The notes under the pieces are model-generated. The model was given only the letters and a program-made list of their open reading frames with translations. It made no database searches and was not told the origin of the DNA. Below, in pieces: positions 49,307-59,938 of a stretch of 64,000 nucleotides of DNA. The stretch lies in assembly GCA_963848295.1 (NCBI GenBank), contig CAWKDB010000010.1, forward strand, positions 3,136,001 to 3,200,000. Direction: 5' to 3'. Both the position numbers and the translations under genes were made by a program. Position 1 is the first letter of the stretch. Each line of letters begins with the position of its first letter. The stretch comes from an uncultured delta proteobacterium (lineage in GTDB: Bacteria > Myxococcota_A > Polyangia > Haliangiales > Haliangiaceae).

Positions 49307-52045
49307 CTACTTCGCCCACTCGACGAGCTGCGCTTCGGAGTCCTTGCGCATCTTGATCCAATCGGGGCGCGGATCGTCCCCGATCGCGGCGATCACCTTG
49401 CGCATGGTCTCGCGCGCTTGGCGCTTTTCACCGGCGCGCCATTGCAGCTCGGCGAGCACGTTCCATGCATCGACGTAACCCTTCGGCGCGACCTGTGCGC
49501 TGTCGAGCTCGCCGAGCGCCTTGTCGATCTGAACGCGCGCCTCGGCAAAGCGTTCGAGCTCGCCGAGCGCTCCGCCGAGGTTGATCCGTTCGTTCGCGAT
49601 CTCGCTGCCGTCTCGGCCTGCCTTCTCGAGGATCTCGATCGCGCGCGTGTAGTGGACGACGGCGTCCGCGGTGTGGTTTTCCTCGCGATCGCAGCCGGCG
49701 AGGCCGTCCTCGATCGCCGAGAACGTCGGATGATCGGGCGGCAGCTTCGAGAGCTCGGACTGCGCCGCGAGGAACAGCTTGCGCGCGTCTCCGAACTTGC
49801 CGCGCTCCGCGGACAGGTCGCCGAGCGAGACGTCGATCATGCCGACCAGGTCGGAGTGCTCGCCGTACGCCGCCACGAAGATCCGCTTCGCGCGCTCGTA
49901 ATGCGAGCTCGCGTCGTCGAACCGATCGAGCTCGCGCTCTTGGTTCGCGAGGTCATTGAGCGAGCGGCCGACTTCGGGATCGTCGGGCCCGAGCTCGGCC
50001 TCTTCGATCGCGAGGCCACGGGCGAGCGCGACCCGGCCTTCTGCTTGGCGTTCTTGCGCCCCGAGCGCGGAGCCGAGCGCTCCGAGCGCCGACGCGAGCT
50101 GGATCCGGGCCTCGCGATCGCGTTGCGCGCGCGGCTCGAGCATCGCGATCGCCTTGTTGAACGCGACGATCGCCTCGGGCGTCTTGCCGAGTCGCGCCAG
50201 CACGTGCCCGCGCTCGATCGCGACGCGCTCTCCGCCGTCGAGCTTCGCGCGCGCGACGAGGGCATCGGCGGCGTCGACGACTCCGAGCGCGTCCTGCGCA
50301 TGACCTTGGTCGATCGCGATGATCACTTCGTCCATCATCGCGTCCAGCATCATCTTGTCATCGCCGGCGAGCGCGGCCTCGTGAGCGGCGCGCACGTCGC
50401 GGTCGTGAGCGAGGTCGTTGCGGCCCAGCTCGTTGTCGACCTTCGCGGCAGCGCGCAACGCGTGCGCGAGCGTCTCGGGATCGTCGGTCGCCTCGGCGTC
50501 GGCCAAGAGCTCCGCGAGCTTGGCGTCCGCGGCGCGCGGCCGACCGGAGCGGCCGAGCGCGGCGAGCTCGGCGATCCGAGCGCGCAGCGGCGCCGGGGTC
50601 TTGCCGATCGGCGGCGGGTGGACGACGCAGTCTTGAGGATGAGGGAGTGCCGAGATCGCCGGGATCATCGCGTCGACGACGTCGGCATCGGCATCGCTCC
50701 ACGCCGCGAGCTGAGCGCGCAGCTCGCCGAGCTCTTGATCGAGGCAAGCGAGCCGCGGACCGCGCATCGCCGGCTCGGCGCGACAGGCCGCGCGCCGCCC
50801 GAGGCGCCACTCCTCGGACCAGGTATCGAGCAGCTTGCCGCCGGTCTCGATCGCCGCGTCGCGATGAGGCGCGGCATGCGCGAACCGCTGCGCTTGTGCG
50901 CCGCGCACGTCCGGCGTCCACACCGCGTCGATCAGCGACACCCCGCGCTCGCAGTCATCGACCGGCGCCGACGAGCCGAACAGCACGATGCCGGCGACGG
51001 TCGCCGCGACGCCCGCACCGCCGAGCGCGAGCCACGGCCAGATCCGCCGCGGCGGATGCTCGATCGCGAAAACCAGGTCCGTGACGCTCGGCCAGCGACC
51101 GGCCGGGGCGACCGCCAAGCCCCGGCGCACGCGCTGATCGAGCCACGCCGGTACGTCGCCGCCGCCCGGGCGAATCCGACCGGCGGCCATCTCGCTCCAC
51201 ATCGCCTGCGCGGTCGTGCCGACGAACGGATGGCGACCGTGCAGTGCCTCGAACAGCGTGATCGCGAACGCGTATTGATCGCTGCGCGCGTCCGGCGGAT
51301 CGCCGTCGACGATCTCGGGCGCGAGATAGGCCGGCGTACCTGCGAGCCCGACCGTCGTCATCGTCAACGCCGCGCTGTACGCAGCGGTCCCAGGCTCGCC
51401 GAGCTCGGCGCTCGCGAGGCCAAAATCAGCGACGCGTGCGCGGCCGTCGCGATCGACGAGCACGTTATCCGGCTTGAAGTCGCGATGGACGAGCCCGGCG
51501 TCGTGCGCGGCGGAGAGCCCGCGACCGGCTTGCGCGAGCACCGCGACGACCTCGCGCCAGCGCCGAGGCCGGGCGCGCAGCCAGCGGGTCAACGTCTCGC
51601 CTTCGACCAGCTCCATCGCGAGGAACGGCACGCCGTCGACCTCGCCGACCTCGTGCACCGTGACGACGTTGGGATGCGACAGCTGGGCCGCCGACCGCGC
51701 CTCGCGCATCAGCCGCTTGTGCGCGACCGCCTCGGCACCGGCATGCAGCCGCTTGATCGCGATCGCGCGCCCGAGCTCGAGATCATCGGCGCGATAGACC
51801 GAGCCCATGCCGCCGCGGCCGATCCGCTCGCGAATCGCGTAGCGCCCGATCCGTTGCCCCGGCTCCCACGCCGGTGGCTCGCGGGTGGGGGTCTCCGGCG
51901 TCTCGCGGCGAACCAGCGCGGCGAGCAGCTGGCGGCACGAGCTGCAGCTGTCGACGTGCTCCTCGATCGTGGTGCGCTGATCGACCGGCATCGCGCCGGC
52001 CGCGAAGGCCAGGGCGCGCGGCTCGTCGAGGCACGGCGCGATCAT
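49307..52045 (-). CDS. Membrane Ser/Thr kinase with N-terminal HxxxCxxC and C-terminal TPRs
   Basis: HVDSCSSC; GRGGMG, AIK, HRDFKPDN, DFG, GTPAYLAPE; TM helix; TPRs. Confidence 0.95.
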   Translation of the reverse strand: MIAPCLDEPRALAFAAGAMPVDQRTTIEEHVDSCSSCRQLLAALVRRETPETPTREPPAWEPGQRIGRYAIRERIGRGGMGSVYRADDLELGRAIAIKRLHAGAEAVAHKRLMREARSAAQLSHPNVVTVHEVGEVDGVPFLAMELVEGETLTRWLRARPRRWREVVAVLAQAGRGLSAAHDAGLVHRDFKPDNVLVDRDGRARVADFGLASAELGEPGTAAYSAALTMTTVGLAGTPAYLAPEIVDGDPPDARSDQYAFAITLFEALHGRHPFVGTTAQAMWSEMAAGRIRPGGGDVPAWLDQRVRRGLAVAPAGRWPSVTDLVFAIEHPPRRIWPWLALGGAGVAATVAGIVLFGSSAPVDDCERGVSLIDAVWTPDVRGAQAQRFAHAAPHRDAAIETGGKLLDTWSEEWRLGRRAACRAEPAMRGPRLACLDQELGELRAQLAAWSDADADVVDAMIPAISALPHPQDCVVHPPPIGKTPAPLRARIAELAALGRSGRPRAADAKLAELLADAEATDDPETLAHALRAAAKVDNELGRNDLAHDRDVRAAHEAALAGDDKMMLDAMMDEVIIAIDQGHAQDALGVVDAADALVARAKLDGGERVAIERGHVLARLGKTPEAIVAFNKAIAMLEPRAQRDREARIQLASALGALGSALGAQERQAEGRVALARGLAIEEAELGPDDPEVGRSLNDLANQERELDRFDDASSHYERAKRIFVAAYGEHSDLVGMIDVSLGDLSAERGKFGDARKLFLAAQSELSKLPPDHPTFSAIEDGLAGCDREENHTADAVVHYTRAIEILEKAGRDGSEIANERINLGGALGELERFAEARVQIDKALGELDSAQVAPKGYVDAWNVLAELQWRAGEKRQARETMRKVIAAIGDDPRPDWIKMRKDSEAQLVEWAK

Positions 52046-52106
52046 GGCCTTCACATAGCGAAAGCTCGCACCGAGGACAACCGCGAAGTGAGGTAGGGTC
52101 CCCGCC

Positions 52107-52988
52107 ATGGAACGGGTCGCCCGCGGGTTAGCTACGCGAACAGGGCAAACCCTCGCTCCCGAGGAGCTCGAAGCGCTCACCGAGCTGCTCACTCGCGCCC
52201 GGACCGAAGCCCTCGCGCGCTGGCCCGGCCTGCCCGATCCCGAGTCCGACTCGGTCGCCGACGCGATCGCCGCGCGGGTCGAAGGCGAGGCAGCGTTGGT
52301 CACCGCGGTCGGCCGGTTGGCGCTGTCCGATCTGTTCCTCGTCGCGGCTGGGCTCGCCGGCGATCGCATCGCACTCGATGCGATCGAACAGCTGACCCGG
52401 CGTGAAGCGAACCGCGCGGTCGCTCGGCTCGGCAACCGCGTCACTGCCGATGATGTCGCGCAAGAGCTGCTGCTGAAGCTGCTGGTCGCGACCGAGGAGC
52501 GCGGGCCGAGGCTCGCGGCGTTCGGCGGCCACGGGGCGATCGATGCGTGGCTGAAGGTCGCGGCGGTGCGCACCGCGATCAGCCTCGGCCGCCGCGAGCA
52601 CGAGGTCGCGGTCGAGGACGATGCGCTCGCGATCGTCGCCGACGACTCCGACGATCAAGCGCTCGCGTTCTTGAAGCTCAGCTATCGCGCGGAGTTCAAG
52701 GCCGCGTTCGCGGCGACCGTCGCCGAGCTGCCGCCGCGAGCTCGCACGCTGCTCCGGCTGCAAGTCGTCGATCAGCTCACGCTCGAAGAGGTCGGCGCGT
52801 TCTATCGCGTGTCGCGCGCGACCGCGGCACGCTGGCTCGCCGATGCGCGGGCGACGCTCGTCGCCGGCACGCAGGCGCGGCTGATCGCCGATCTCGCGAT
52901 CGATCGCGCCGAGCTATCGGAGCTGACTCGGCTCGTCGCGTCGACGCTGTACGCGACGCTGCCTCGCTTGCTGCGCACACGCGACTAG
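52107..52988 (+). CDS. Myxobacterial-type ECF sigma-70 factor
   Basis: DLFLV...DDVAQEL...WLKVAAVR...LTLEEVGAFYRVSRATAARW; divergent from the kinase. Confidence 0.88.
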   Translation: MERVARGLATRTGQTLAPEELEALTELLTRARTEALARWPGLPDPESDSVADAIAARVEGEAALVTAVGRLALSDLFLVAAGLAGDRIALDAIEQLTRREANRAVARLGNRVTADDVAQELLLKLLVATEERGPRLAAFGGHGAIDAWLKVAAVRTAISLGRREHEVAVEDDALAIVADDSDDQALAFLKLSYRAEFKAAFAATVAELPPRARTLLRLQVVDQLTLEEVGAFYRVSRATAARWLADARATLVAGTQARLIADLAIDRAELSELTRLVASTLYATLPRLLRTRD

Positions 52989-52991
52989 CCT

Positions 52992-53325
52992 CGACCGGAG
53001 GTTGCGACGGACCCGACCGGAGGTTGCGACGGACCCGACCGGAGGTTGTCTCGTGCAGCCGCCGAAGACCGACCAGCGAAATCTCGCGCGTCGCGCCCGG
53101 TGCGACGGACCCGACCGGAGGTTGTCTCGTGCAGCCGCCGAAGACCGACCAGCGAAATCTCGCGCGTCGCGCCCGGTGATCCCGCTATGGCCTACGGCGT
53201 CAACCGACGCCGGCCTCCGGACCCGACCGGAGGTTGTGTCGTGCAGCCGCCGAAGACCGACCGGCGAATCTCGCGCGTCGCGCCCCGTGATCCCGCTATC
53301 GCCTACGGCATGAACCGACGCCGGG
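52992..53325 (+). repeat. REP-like array downstream of RAYT
   Basis: CGACCGGAGGTTG at 52992, 53014, 53036, 53112, 53224 within longer duplicated units. Confidence 0.95.
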
Positions 53326-53403
53326 AAGGTTGGCCATGCAGCGGCGACGCACGACTATCGGCCGAGCGTTATTCGCGATGTCAGCTCAGCCGGGTGGAAT
53401 CGC

Positions 53404-54297
53404 TCAGAGCGGGACCGGTTCCGTGGCAACGCCAGCAAACCGCGCGAGCCAATAGGTGCCGCACGGAAATAGCGAGACGACTCGAGTTCGCCAGACCACG
53501 AGCGCGAAGCGGTAGGCGGCAAGGAATGCGCGGTACTTGCCGAGCGCGTCGATGCGCGCCTCGGTCCGTCCCGCGAAACGCGGACGTAGGTTGCGCCGCG
53601 GCGCGAACGTGGTCGGCGCCTCGTCCCAGCGTTGCTCGAGGATTCGGCGCCGCCCAAGCACCGACGCGCCGGTGTCACGCCGCGTCTCAGCAACCTCGCG
53701 TTCGACGCGCTCGACCCCCGCGCGCACCTCAGCGATGAACGCGTCGGCCGGGCCGAGCTCGGCGGGAATCGTCATGCGGAGCTCGATCTTTTCGGGCAGC
53801 GGACCCGGATCGCGAAAAAAGTGACGTGGTCGCGTTGCCCTCAGCGCCCTTCCCGACACGAGGTTGGTGTACGTGTTGACCCCGGGCCAATGATGGACGC
53901 GCTCGACGAGACGATCTTTGACCGGATTTGCGACGGAATAGACGACCTTGGCGATCACGGTTTCGCGATCCAATAGTCGGGTCACGCACGGCTCCCCAGC
54001 AGCCCAGAAGTTTTCCCACCGCCCGCGCAGCGCGTTCTGGCTGCGAGCGACCAGGCTATGAAAGTACGTGATGAACTCGGGACATCGACCATCGCGGTCG
54101 TAGATCGTCGTGTGGTGGTGATTCGACTCCGCGACCGTATGGACCACCTCCATCCCGCAACGCTGCGCAGCGACGGCGAGGCAATAGGCGTACGCGTTGT
54201 TCGTCGCCGCATCGGGCCGCAGTAAGAACCACTGGTTCGCACAACGCCGAGTGAGCAAGTAGAACTGGTTGCGGAGGACTTCGCGAGGCCGGGTCAC
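53404..54297 (-). mobile_element. REP-associated tyrosine transposase (RAYT, HUH/Y1 family)
   Basis: LTRRC, SNHHH (HUH), FW, YSVANPV (catalytic Tyr region), HWPG. Confidence 0.88.
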
Positions 54298-54310
54298 GCG
54301 CGTGACGTTC

Positions 54311-54325
54311 GCAAGAACTGCACCA
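54311..54325 (-). promoter_or_regulatory. Putative sigma54 -24/-12 promoter of RAYT
   Basis: TGGTGCAGTTCTTGC (GG-N10-GC) ending 13 nt before GTG. Confidence 0.5.
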
Positions 54326-54384
54326 TCCCAACCCCATGATTCTTGCTCCGCGTTTGTCCGAACTGTCCGAGTCTTGGCCGAATC

Positions 54385-54767
54385 CGGCCGGACACTTGCG
54401 GCCGGACACTTGCCTCCGGTTCGGTCTTGTGAAGCCGGTCTCGAGCAATACCTCCGGTTCGGCCTCGGCCCAATTACCTCCGGTTCGGCCTCGCCGCACT
54501 TGCCTCCGGTTCGGTCTTGTGAAGCCGGTCTCGAGCAATACCTCCGGTTCGGCCTCGGCCCAATTACCTCCGGTTCGGCCTCGCCGACTTGCGGCCGGAC
54601 ACTTGCCTCCGGTTCGGTCTTGTGAAGCCGGTCTCGAGCAATACCTCCGGTTCGGCCTCGGCCCAATTACCTCCGGTTCGGCCTCGGCCCAATTACCTCC
54701 GGTTCGGCCTCGAGCCCAATTACCTCCGGTTCGGCCTCGCGCAATTACCTCCGGTTCGGCCTCGCGC
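54385..54767 (-). repeat. REP-like array upstream of RAYT, inverted relative to the downstream array
   Basis: 12 copies of CCTCCGGTTCGG starting 54413-54748. Confidence 0.95.
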
Positions 54768-54794
54768 ACAAGGCGGCGAGGCGGGGCCCGGCGG

Positions 54795-55109
54795 CTACAG
54801 CAAGTCGACCCAGACTTCGTCGCCGACGAGCGTCACCGGATAGCGCCGCAGCTCGAGCCCGGCGTCGTGCGTACAGCGCCCGGTGTGGAGATCGAACTCG
54901 TAGCCGTGGCCCGGGCACACGATCGAGCCCGTGACGAGCAAACCATCGGCGAGCGCGACGTCTTCGTGCGGACAGACGCCCGGCACCGCGACGAGCGCGC
55001 CGTCGAGCCACGTCACGATCACCGGCCAGGTCACGCCTTCGACCGCGAACGCGCGCAGCTCGCCGGGAACGACGTCGGCGACGCGACAGACGTAGACGCG
55101 CAACGCCAT
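54795..55109 (-). CDS. Rieske [2Fe-2S] ferredoxin
   Basis: CPH...CPGHGYEFDLHTG. Confidence 0.93.
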   Translation of the reverse strand: MALRVYVCRVADVVPGELRAFAVEGVTWPVIVTWLDGALVAVPGVCPHEDVALADGLLVTGSIVCPGHGYEFDLHTGRCTHDAGLELRRYPVTLVGDEVWVDLL

Positions 55110-55945
55110 TACGCGCTCCGCACTCGGCGCGGATCGAGATAGTCGCGCAAGCCATCGCCCAGGAGGTTCGCGCCGAGGATCACCCACATGATCGCGGCTC
55201 CGGGGATGAACACGTAGCCGCGAAAGCCCGCCTTCCACACGAACGCGGTGCCTTGCGCGAGCATCGCGCCCCACGTGTAGTCGAGCTGCGGACCGAGGCC
55301 CAAGAACGACAGCGAGGCTTCGACCGCGATCACCGTGCCGAAACCGAACGTGAGCTGGACGAACGTCGGTCCCCACACGTTCGGCAACAGGTGCCGCCGC
55401 ATGATGTGACCGCTCGGAGCGCCGAGCGCGACCGCCGCGGCGACGAAGTCGCGATCGCGCAACGCGAGCACCTGACCGCGTGAGACCCGCGCGTAGCCGA
55501 CCCAGCCGTTCGCGCACAGCGCTGCGATCACCACGCCCAGGCCGGGCTCGCGCACGGTCGCGACGATCGCGATGTTGAGCAAGATGCCGGGGAACGCCAT
55601 CAAGATATCGACGAACCGCATGATGATCTCGTCGGTGACGCCCGCGAACCAACCCGCGACGATGCCGAGCGCGAGGCCGATCGTGGACGAGATCGCGACG
55701 ACGCTCGTGCTGATCGTCAGCGCCGACCGCGCGCCCCACAGCAGCTGCGACAGCGTATCGATGCCGTTCGAGTCGGTGCCGAGCCAGTGCGCCGCCGACG
55801 CCCCGGCGAACCGATGATCGAGATCGATCGCGGTCGGGTCGTACGGTGCCATCACCGGTCCGAACAAGCCCGCGAGCACGAACAGAGCGAGCATCGCGAG
55901 CCCGACCTTCGCGCTCGGCGAGAGCTGACGCCACAACGCGGTCAT
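55109..55945 (-). CDS. Dipeptide/oligopeptide ABC permease (DppC/OppC-like)
   Basis: [28 protein letters not shown]. Confidence 0.95.
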   Translation of the reverse strand: MTALWRQLSPSAKVGLAMLALFVLAGLFGPVMAPYDPTAIDLDHRFAGASAAHWLGTDSNGIDTLSQLLWGARSALTISTSVVAISSTIGLALGIVAGWFAGVTDEIIMRFVDILMAFPGILLNIAIVATVREPGLGVVIAALCANGWVGYARVSRGQVLALRDRDFVAAAVALGAPSGHIMRRHLLPNVWGPTFVQLTFGFGTVIAVEASLSFLGLGPQLDYTWGAMLAQGTAFVWKAGFRGYVFIPGAAIMWVILGANLLGDGLRDYLDPRRVRSA

Positions 55946-56877
55946 GCGCGGCGGATCCTCGGATCGATGACGCCGTAGAGGACGTCGACCCCGATGTTGA
56001 CGATGACGTAGATGATCGCGATCACGAGCACCGTGCCCTGCACGACCGGATAGTCGCGCTCGAGGATCGCGTCGAGCAGCGTCAGGCCCAAGCCGGGCCG
56101 CGAGAACACCTTCTCGACGATGATCGCGCCGGAGAGCAACGAGCCGAACTGCAGACCGGCGACCGTGATCACCGGCAGCAACGCGTTGCGCAGCGCATGG
56201 ACGTAGACGACGCGACGCTCCGGCACACCTTTCGCGCGCGCGGTCCGCACGAAGTCTTCGCCGAGCACCTCGACGAGCGCCGACCGCGTCATGCGGGACA
56301 GCATCGCCATCAAGTGCGTGCCGACCGCGAGCGCCGGCAAGATCAACGCGGCGAAGCCGGTCTCGGTCGGGCCCGGCAACCAATGCAGCTCGGCGAAGAA
56401 CACGAGCAGCAGCAAGCTCGCGAGCAACATCATCGGCACCGCGATGCCGGACAATGACACCGCGGTCGCGAACGTATCGATCCAGGTGCCACGCCGGACC
56501 GCCGCGAGCACGCCGAGGGGAAGCGCGAACAACATCGCGACCAGCATCCCGGCGAGCGCGAGCGCGATCGTGTGCGGCATGACCTCGGCGATCCGGGCGG
56601 CGACCGTCGGCTTGTGCTGTGGATCCGGGCATTGATGGCCGAGGGTGCCGTCGGCGATGTGGCCCATGAACGTGACGAACTGCTCGGGCAGCGACACGTC
56701 GAGGCCCATGCAGTGCTCGAGCTTCGCGCGCTGCGCGGGCGTGACCTCTCCGCCGGCGAGGTGATCGATCGGATCGCCCGGCACGATGTGCAGGAACGAG
56801 AACGCGAGGACGCAAACGCCGAGGATCGCGAGCGCGCCCGAGCCGAGCCGGCGCAGCAGGAACGATCCGAGCGACAC
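55942..56877 (-). CDS. Dipeptide/oligopeptide ABC permease (DppB/OppB-like)
   Basis: [31 protein letters not shown]. Confidence 0.95.
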   Translation of the reverse strand: MSLGSFLLRRLGSGALAILGVCVLAFSFLHIVPGDPIDHLAGGEVTPAQRAKLEHCMGLDVSLPEQFVTFMGHIADGTLGHQCPDPQHKPTVAARIAEVMPHTIALALAGMLVAMLFALPLGVLAAVRRGTWIDTFATAVSLSGIAVPMMLLASLLLLVFFAELHWLPGPTETGFAALILPALAVGTHLMAMLSRMTRSALVEVLGEDFVRTARAKGVPERRVVYVHALRNALLPVITVAGLQFGSLLSGAIIVEKVFSRPGLGLTLLDAILERDYPVVQGTVLVIAIIYVIVNIGVDVLYGVIDPRIRRA

Positions 56878-56989
56878 CTACGCTAGCTTCGCCGGTATCG
56901 ACGCGAAGTCAATTGCCCCTAAAGGGACTCTTTCGCCGCAAGGTTCAACGCGTCCTTGCTTCGCCGGACGCGTTGTCGATCGCTCCGGC

Positions 56990-57481
56990 TCAATTGCTCG
57001 CGGGCGCGAGTGCGCAGAAGCCAGGCGTGGTCGAATCGACGACATCGCCGGGCGCGAGCACCGGTTCGCCACCGTGGGTGATCATCAACGGGTAGTTCCG
57101 GCACTCGTAGCCATCGCGGCAATCGCCGTTGCTCTTGCACGTGCGCATGCAGTAGCGAATCTCCGAGTCGCGCGGCACGCAGTGGCCGGTCAGATCGCAC
57201 AGCTCGTCGAGGTCGCAACCGTCGGGCGATTGGCCCTCCGTGCACAGCTCGTTCGAGAAGTCGCCGGTGAAGAACCGCACGCACTCGGCTTCGGTCGGGC
57301 ACGTGTCGTAGTCGCAACCCAAGATCGTGCAATAGCCATCGACCGGATCGGTATCGCAGAACCGCGCGCCGTTCGGATCGCAATCAGTGCTGAGCACGCA
57401 CGAGTCGCCGATTTCTTTGCCACAGCCGAGCAGCACGACGAACGCGGCGAGCACGAGCGGGCGGACCATGAGCGGGCGCAT
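56990..57481 (-). CDS. Cysteine-rich lipoprotein
   Basis: LLGC lipobox; many paired cysteines. Confidence 0.8.
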   Translation of the reverse strand: MRPLMVRPLVLAAFVVLLGCGKEIGDSCVLSTDCDPNGARFCDTDPVDGYCTILGCDYDTCPTEAECVRFFTGDFSNELCTEGQSPDGCDLDELCDLTGHCVPRDSEIRYCMRTCKSNGDCRDGYECRNYPLMITHGGEPVLAPGDVVDSTTPGFCALAPASN

Positions 57482-57549
57482 CCTAGCGACCACTTCGACC
57501 CCCTGCAAGCTCGACGGGTTGCCCATGAAATCGAGTAGATTCCAGACAG

Positions 57550-58002
57550 ATGCGAGCCGTCGTTCAACGGGTGACCCGAGCGCGAGTCACGGTCGGTGAC
57601 CGCACGACCGGCCAGATCGATCACGGTCTGCTCGTCCTGCTCGCAGCCGGTGCCGGCGATGGGGCAAATGACCTCGCCTACGTCGTCGACAAGGTCGCCA
57701 ACCTGCGCGTGTTCGCCGACGCCGCCGGCAAGATGAACCGCTCGGTGCTCGATGTCGCCGGCGGCGTGCTCGTCGTCTCGCAATTCACGCTCTACGGCGA
57801 TGCGCGCACGGGTCGGCGGCCGGCATTTACCGGCGCGCTCGAGCCGATCGAGGCCCGCAGGCTCTACGACCAGGCGCTCGACGCGCTGCGTGCAGCGGGC
57901 GTCACGCGCGTCGAAGCCGGCGAGTTCGCGGCGGATATGCAGGTCGAGCTCGTCAACGACGGCCCGGTCACGATCCTTCTGGATTCGCGCAAGGGCTTCT
58001 AG
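57550..58002 (+). CDS. dtd: D-aminoacyl-tRNA deacylase
   Basis: MRAVVQRV, SQFTLYG, NDGPVT. Confidence 0.98.
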   Translation: MRAVVQRVTRARVTVGDRTTGQIDHGLLVLLAAGAGDGANDLAYVVDKVANLRVFADAAGKMNRSVLDVAGGVLVVSQFTLYGDARTGRRPAFTGALEPIEARRLYDQALDALRAAGVTRVEAGEFAADMQVELVNDGPVTILLDSRKGF

Positions 58003-58110
58003 GACGCGAAGCGCGGAGCGCGAAAGGCGCTGGCGCCAGGGAAAAATGACGGCGCGGTCGCACCGCCCTAGTTTCTGGCCCGGGGCGGAGTTACGTTCGG
58101 CTCGGCATCG

Positions 58111-59034
58111 ATGAAGGTCAGGTTCTGGGGAGTCCGCGGCTCCATTCCGGTGCCCGGGCGGTCGACCAACCGCTACGGTGGCAACACCTCCTGCGTCGAG
58201 GTTCGACCGCGGGGCGAATCGCCGATCATCATCGACGCCGGCACCGGCATCCGCCGGCTCGGCAAGTCGCTGCTCGAGGAGGCGTTCGGCGACGGCAAGG
58301 GCACCGCGTCGATCCTGATCAGCCACACCCACTGGGACCACGTCCAGGGGTTGCCGTTCTTCTCGCCGCTCTATCGCGCGGGCAACGAGGTCAACATCTT
58401 CGCGCGCCAACGCGACATGCACCTCGAAGCGGTGTTCTCGGCGCAGCACGGCGCGCCGTACTTCCCGGTGCCGCTGTCGGCGATCCACGCGGGCATGCAC
58501 TTCCACGAGCTGACCGACAACGCGAGCTTCGAGATCGGCCACGCGAAGGTCACGTGCACCCGGCTCAACCATCCGTGGACCGCGATCGCGTATCGCGTCG
58601 AGGTCGATCGCGCGTCGGTCGTGTACTGCGCCGACACCGCGCCGTTCACCGACGTCTTGCTCGGCCAAGAGTTCATCGAGCGCCCGCCGGTCGGCTCGGT
58701 GCCGCCGCCGATCCGGGCCGAGCTCACCGAGATGCGCGACGCGGTGATCGCGCTGTGCCGCGACGCGGATCTCTTGATCTACGATACGCAGTTCACGCCC
58801 GAGGAGTACAAGGTTCGCCCGCACTGGGGCCACTCGCGGCCCGACGACGCGATCGAGATCGCGCGCAAGGCCGGCGCGAAGCGGCTGTGCTTGTTCCATC
58901 ACGCGCCGATGCGGTCCGACGATCAGAACGATCAGATCCTCGCGACGTACCGCAAGGTCGTCGCCGATGCGAATGACAAGCTCGAGCTGATGAGCGCGTA
59001 CGAAGGCCTCGAGCTGACGCTGGGGGACGAATGA
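58111..59034 (+). CDS. MBL-fold metallo-hydrolase
   Basis: FWGVRGSIP, GGNTSC, DAGTG, SHTHWDH, WGHS, FHH. Confidence 0.93.
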   Translation: MKVRFWGVRGSIPVPGRSTNRYGGNTSCVEVRPRGESPIIIDAGTGIRRLGKSLLEEAFGDGKGTASILISHTHWDHVQGLPFFSPLYRAGNEVNIFARQRDMHLEAVFSAQHGAPYFPVPLSAIHAGMHFHELTDNASFEIGHAKVTCTRLNHPWTAIAYRVEVDRASVVYCADTAPFTDVLLGQEFIERPPVGSVPPPIRAELTEMRDAVIALCRDADLLIYDTQFTPEEYKVRPHWGHSRPDDAIEIARKAGAKRLCLFHHAPMRSDDQNDQILATYRKVVADANDKLELMSAYEGLELTLGDE

Positions 59035-59873
59035 GGATCCGGTTCTGGGGCGTGCGCGGTTCGATCCCGGCGCCGGGACCGGAGACCAATCGCTTCGGCG
59101 GTAATACGTCGTGCGTGTCGATCGACACCGCGGCCGGCAAGCTCGTGATCATCGACATGGGCACCGGGCTCATGCACCTCGGCAATTCGCTGATGGCCGG
59201 CGCGTTCGGCAAGGGCCAGGGCACCGCCGCGATCTTGCTGTCGCACACCCACTGGGATCACATCCAAGGGCTAGGGTTCTTCGCCCCGGTGTTCATCGCC
59301 GGCAATCAGTTCAACCTGTGGGGCCCGGGCGGCTCGCCCGACGCGCTCGAGGCGATCCTCGAGGGCCAGATGGATCCGAACTTCTCGCCGCTCCAGACGC
59401 TGAAGAACTTCTCCGCGAAGTTCGACGTCGCCTCGGCGCACCCCGGCGTGCCGTTCGAGGCCGAAGGGCTCGTGGTCACCGCGCGCCTGCACGCTCACGG
59501 CGGGACGACCGCGCTCGCGTTCCGCATCGAAGAAGCCGGCCGGGTGTTCGTCTACGCGTCCGATGTCGGCTATCCGGAGACTGGCGCCGAGCCCGACGCG
59601 ATCGCGTTCTATCGCGGCGCCGACGTGCTGCTGCACGACACGACGTACCGGCCCGAGGATCAAGCGACGCGGCGCAACCGCGGGTTCTCGTCGTACGACG
59701 AAGCAACCGCAGTCGCGATCGCTGCGAAGGTGAAGCGCCTCGTCACGTTCCACTACGATCAGGACTACAGCGACGACGACGTCGATCAGATCGTCGCGGC
59801 CTGCGAGCGCACGCTCGCGCCGCACGGCATCGCGGTCACGCCGGCGCGCGAAGGCGACGAGCTAGAGATCTGA
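59031..59873 (+). CDS. MBL-fold metallo-hydrolase paralog
   Basis: Same N-terminal motifs; ATGA overlap. Confidence 0.92.
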   Translation: MRIRFWGVRGSIPAPGPETNRFGGNTSCVSIDTAAGKLVIIDMGTGLMHLGNSLMAGAFGKGQGTAAILLSHTHWDHIQGLGFFAPVFIAGNQFNLWGPGGSPDALEAILEGQMDPNFSPLQTLKNFSAKFDVASAHPGVPFEAEGLVVTARLHAHGGTTALAFRIEEAGRVFVYASDVGYPETGAEPDAIAFYRGADVLLHDTTYRPEDQATRRNRGFSSYDEATAVAIAAKVKRLVTFHYDQDYSDDDVDQIVAACERTLAPHGIAVTPAREGDELEI

Positions 59874-59938
59874 GCGTGCGGGGCTACGGCGCTGTGAGGA
59901 CCGTTGCCGCATAAGCGGCGCCGTAGCATCGACGAAGT

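Noticed and set aside
54298..54666. N-terminal extension of the 420-aa RAYT ORF
   Set aside because: It is simply the translated repeat array; the family-like sequence starts at GTG 54297.
54385..54767. CRISPR array beside the transposase
   Set aside because: The core is only 12 bp and the intervening sequences repeat themselves.
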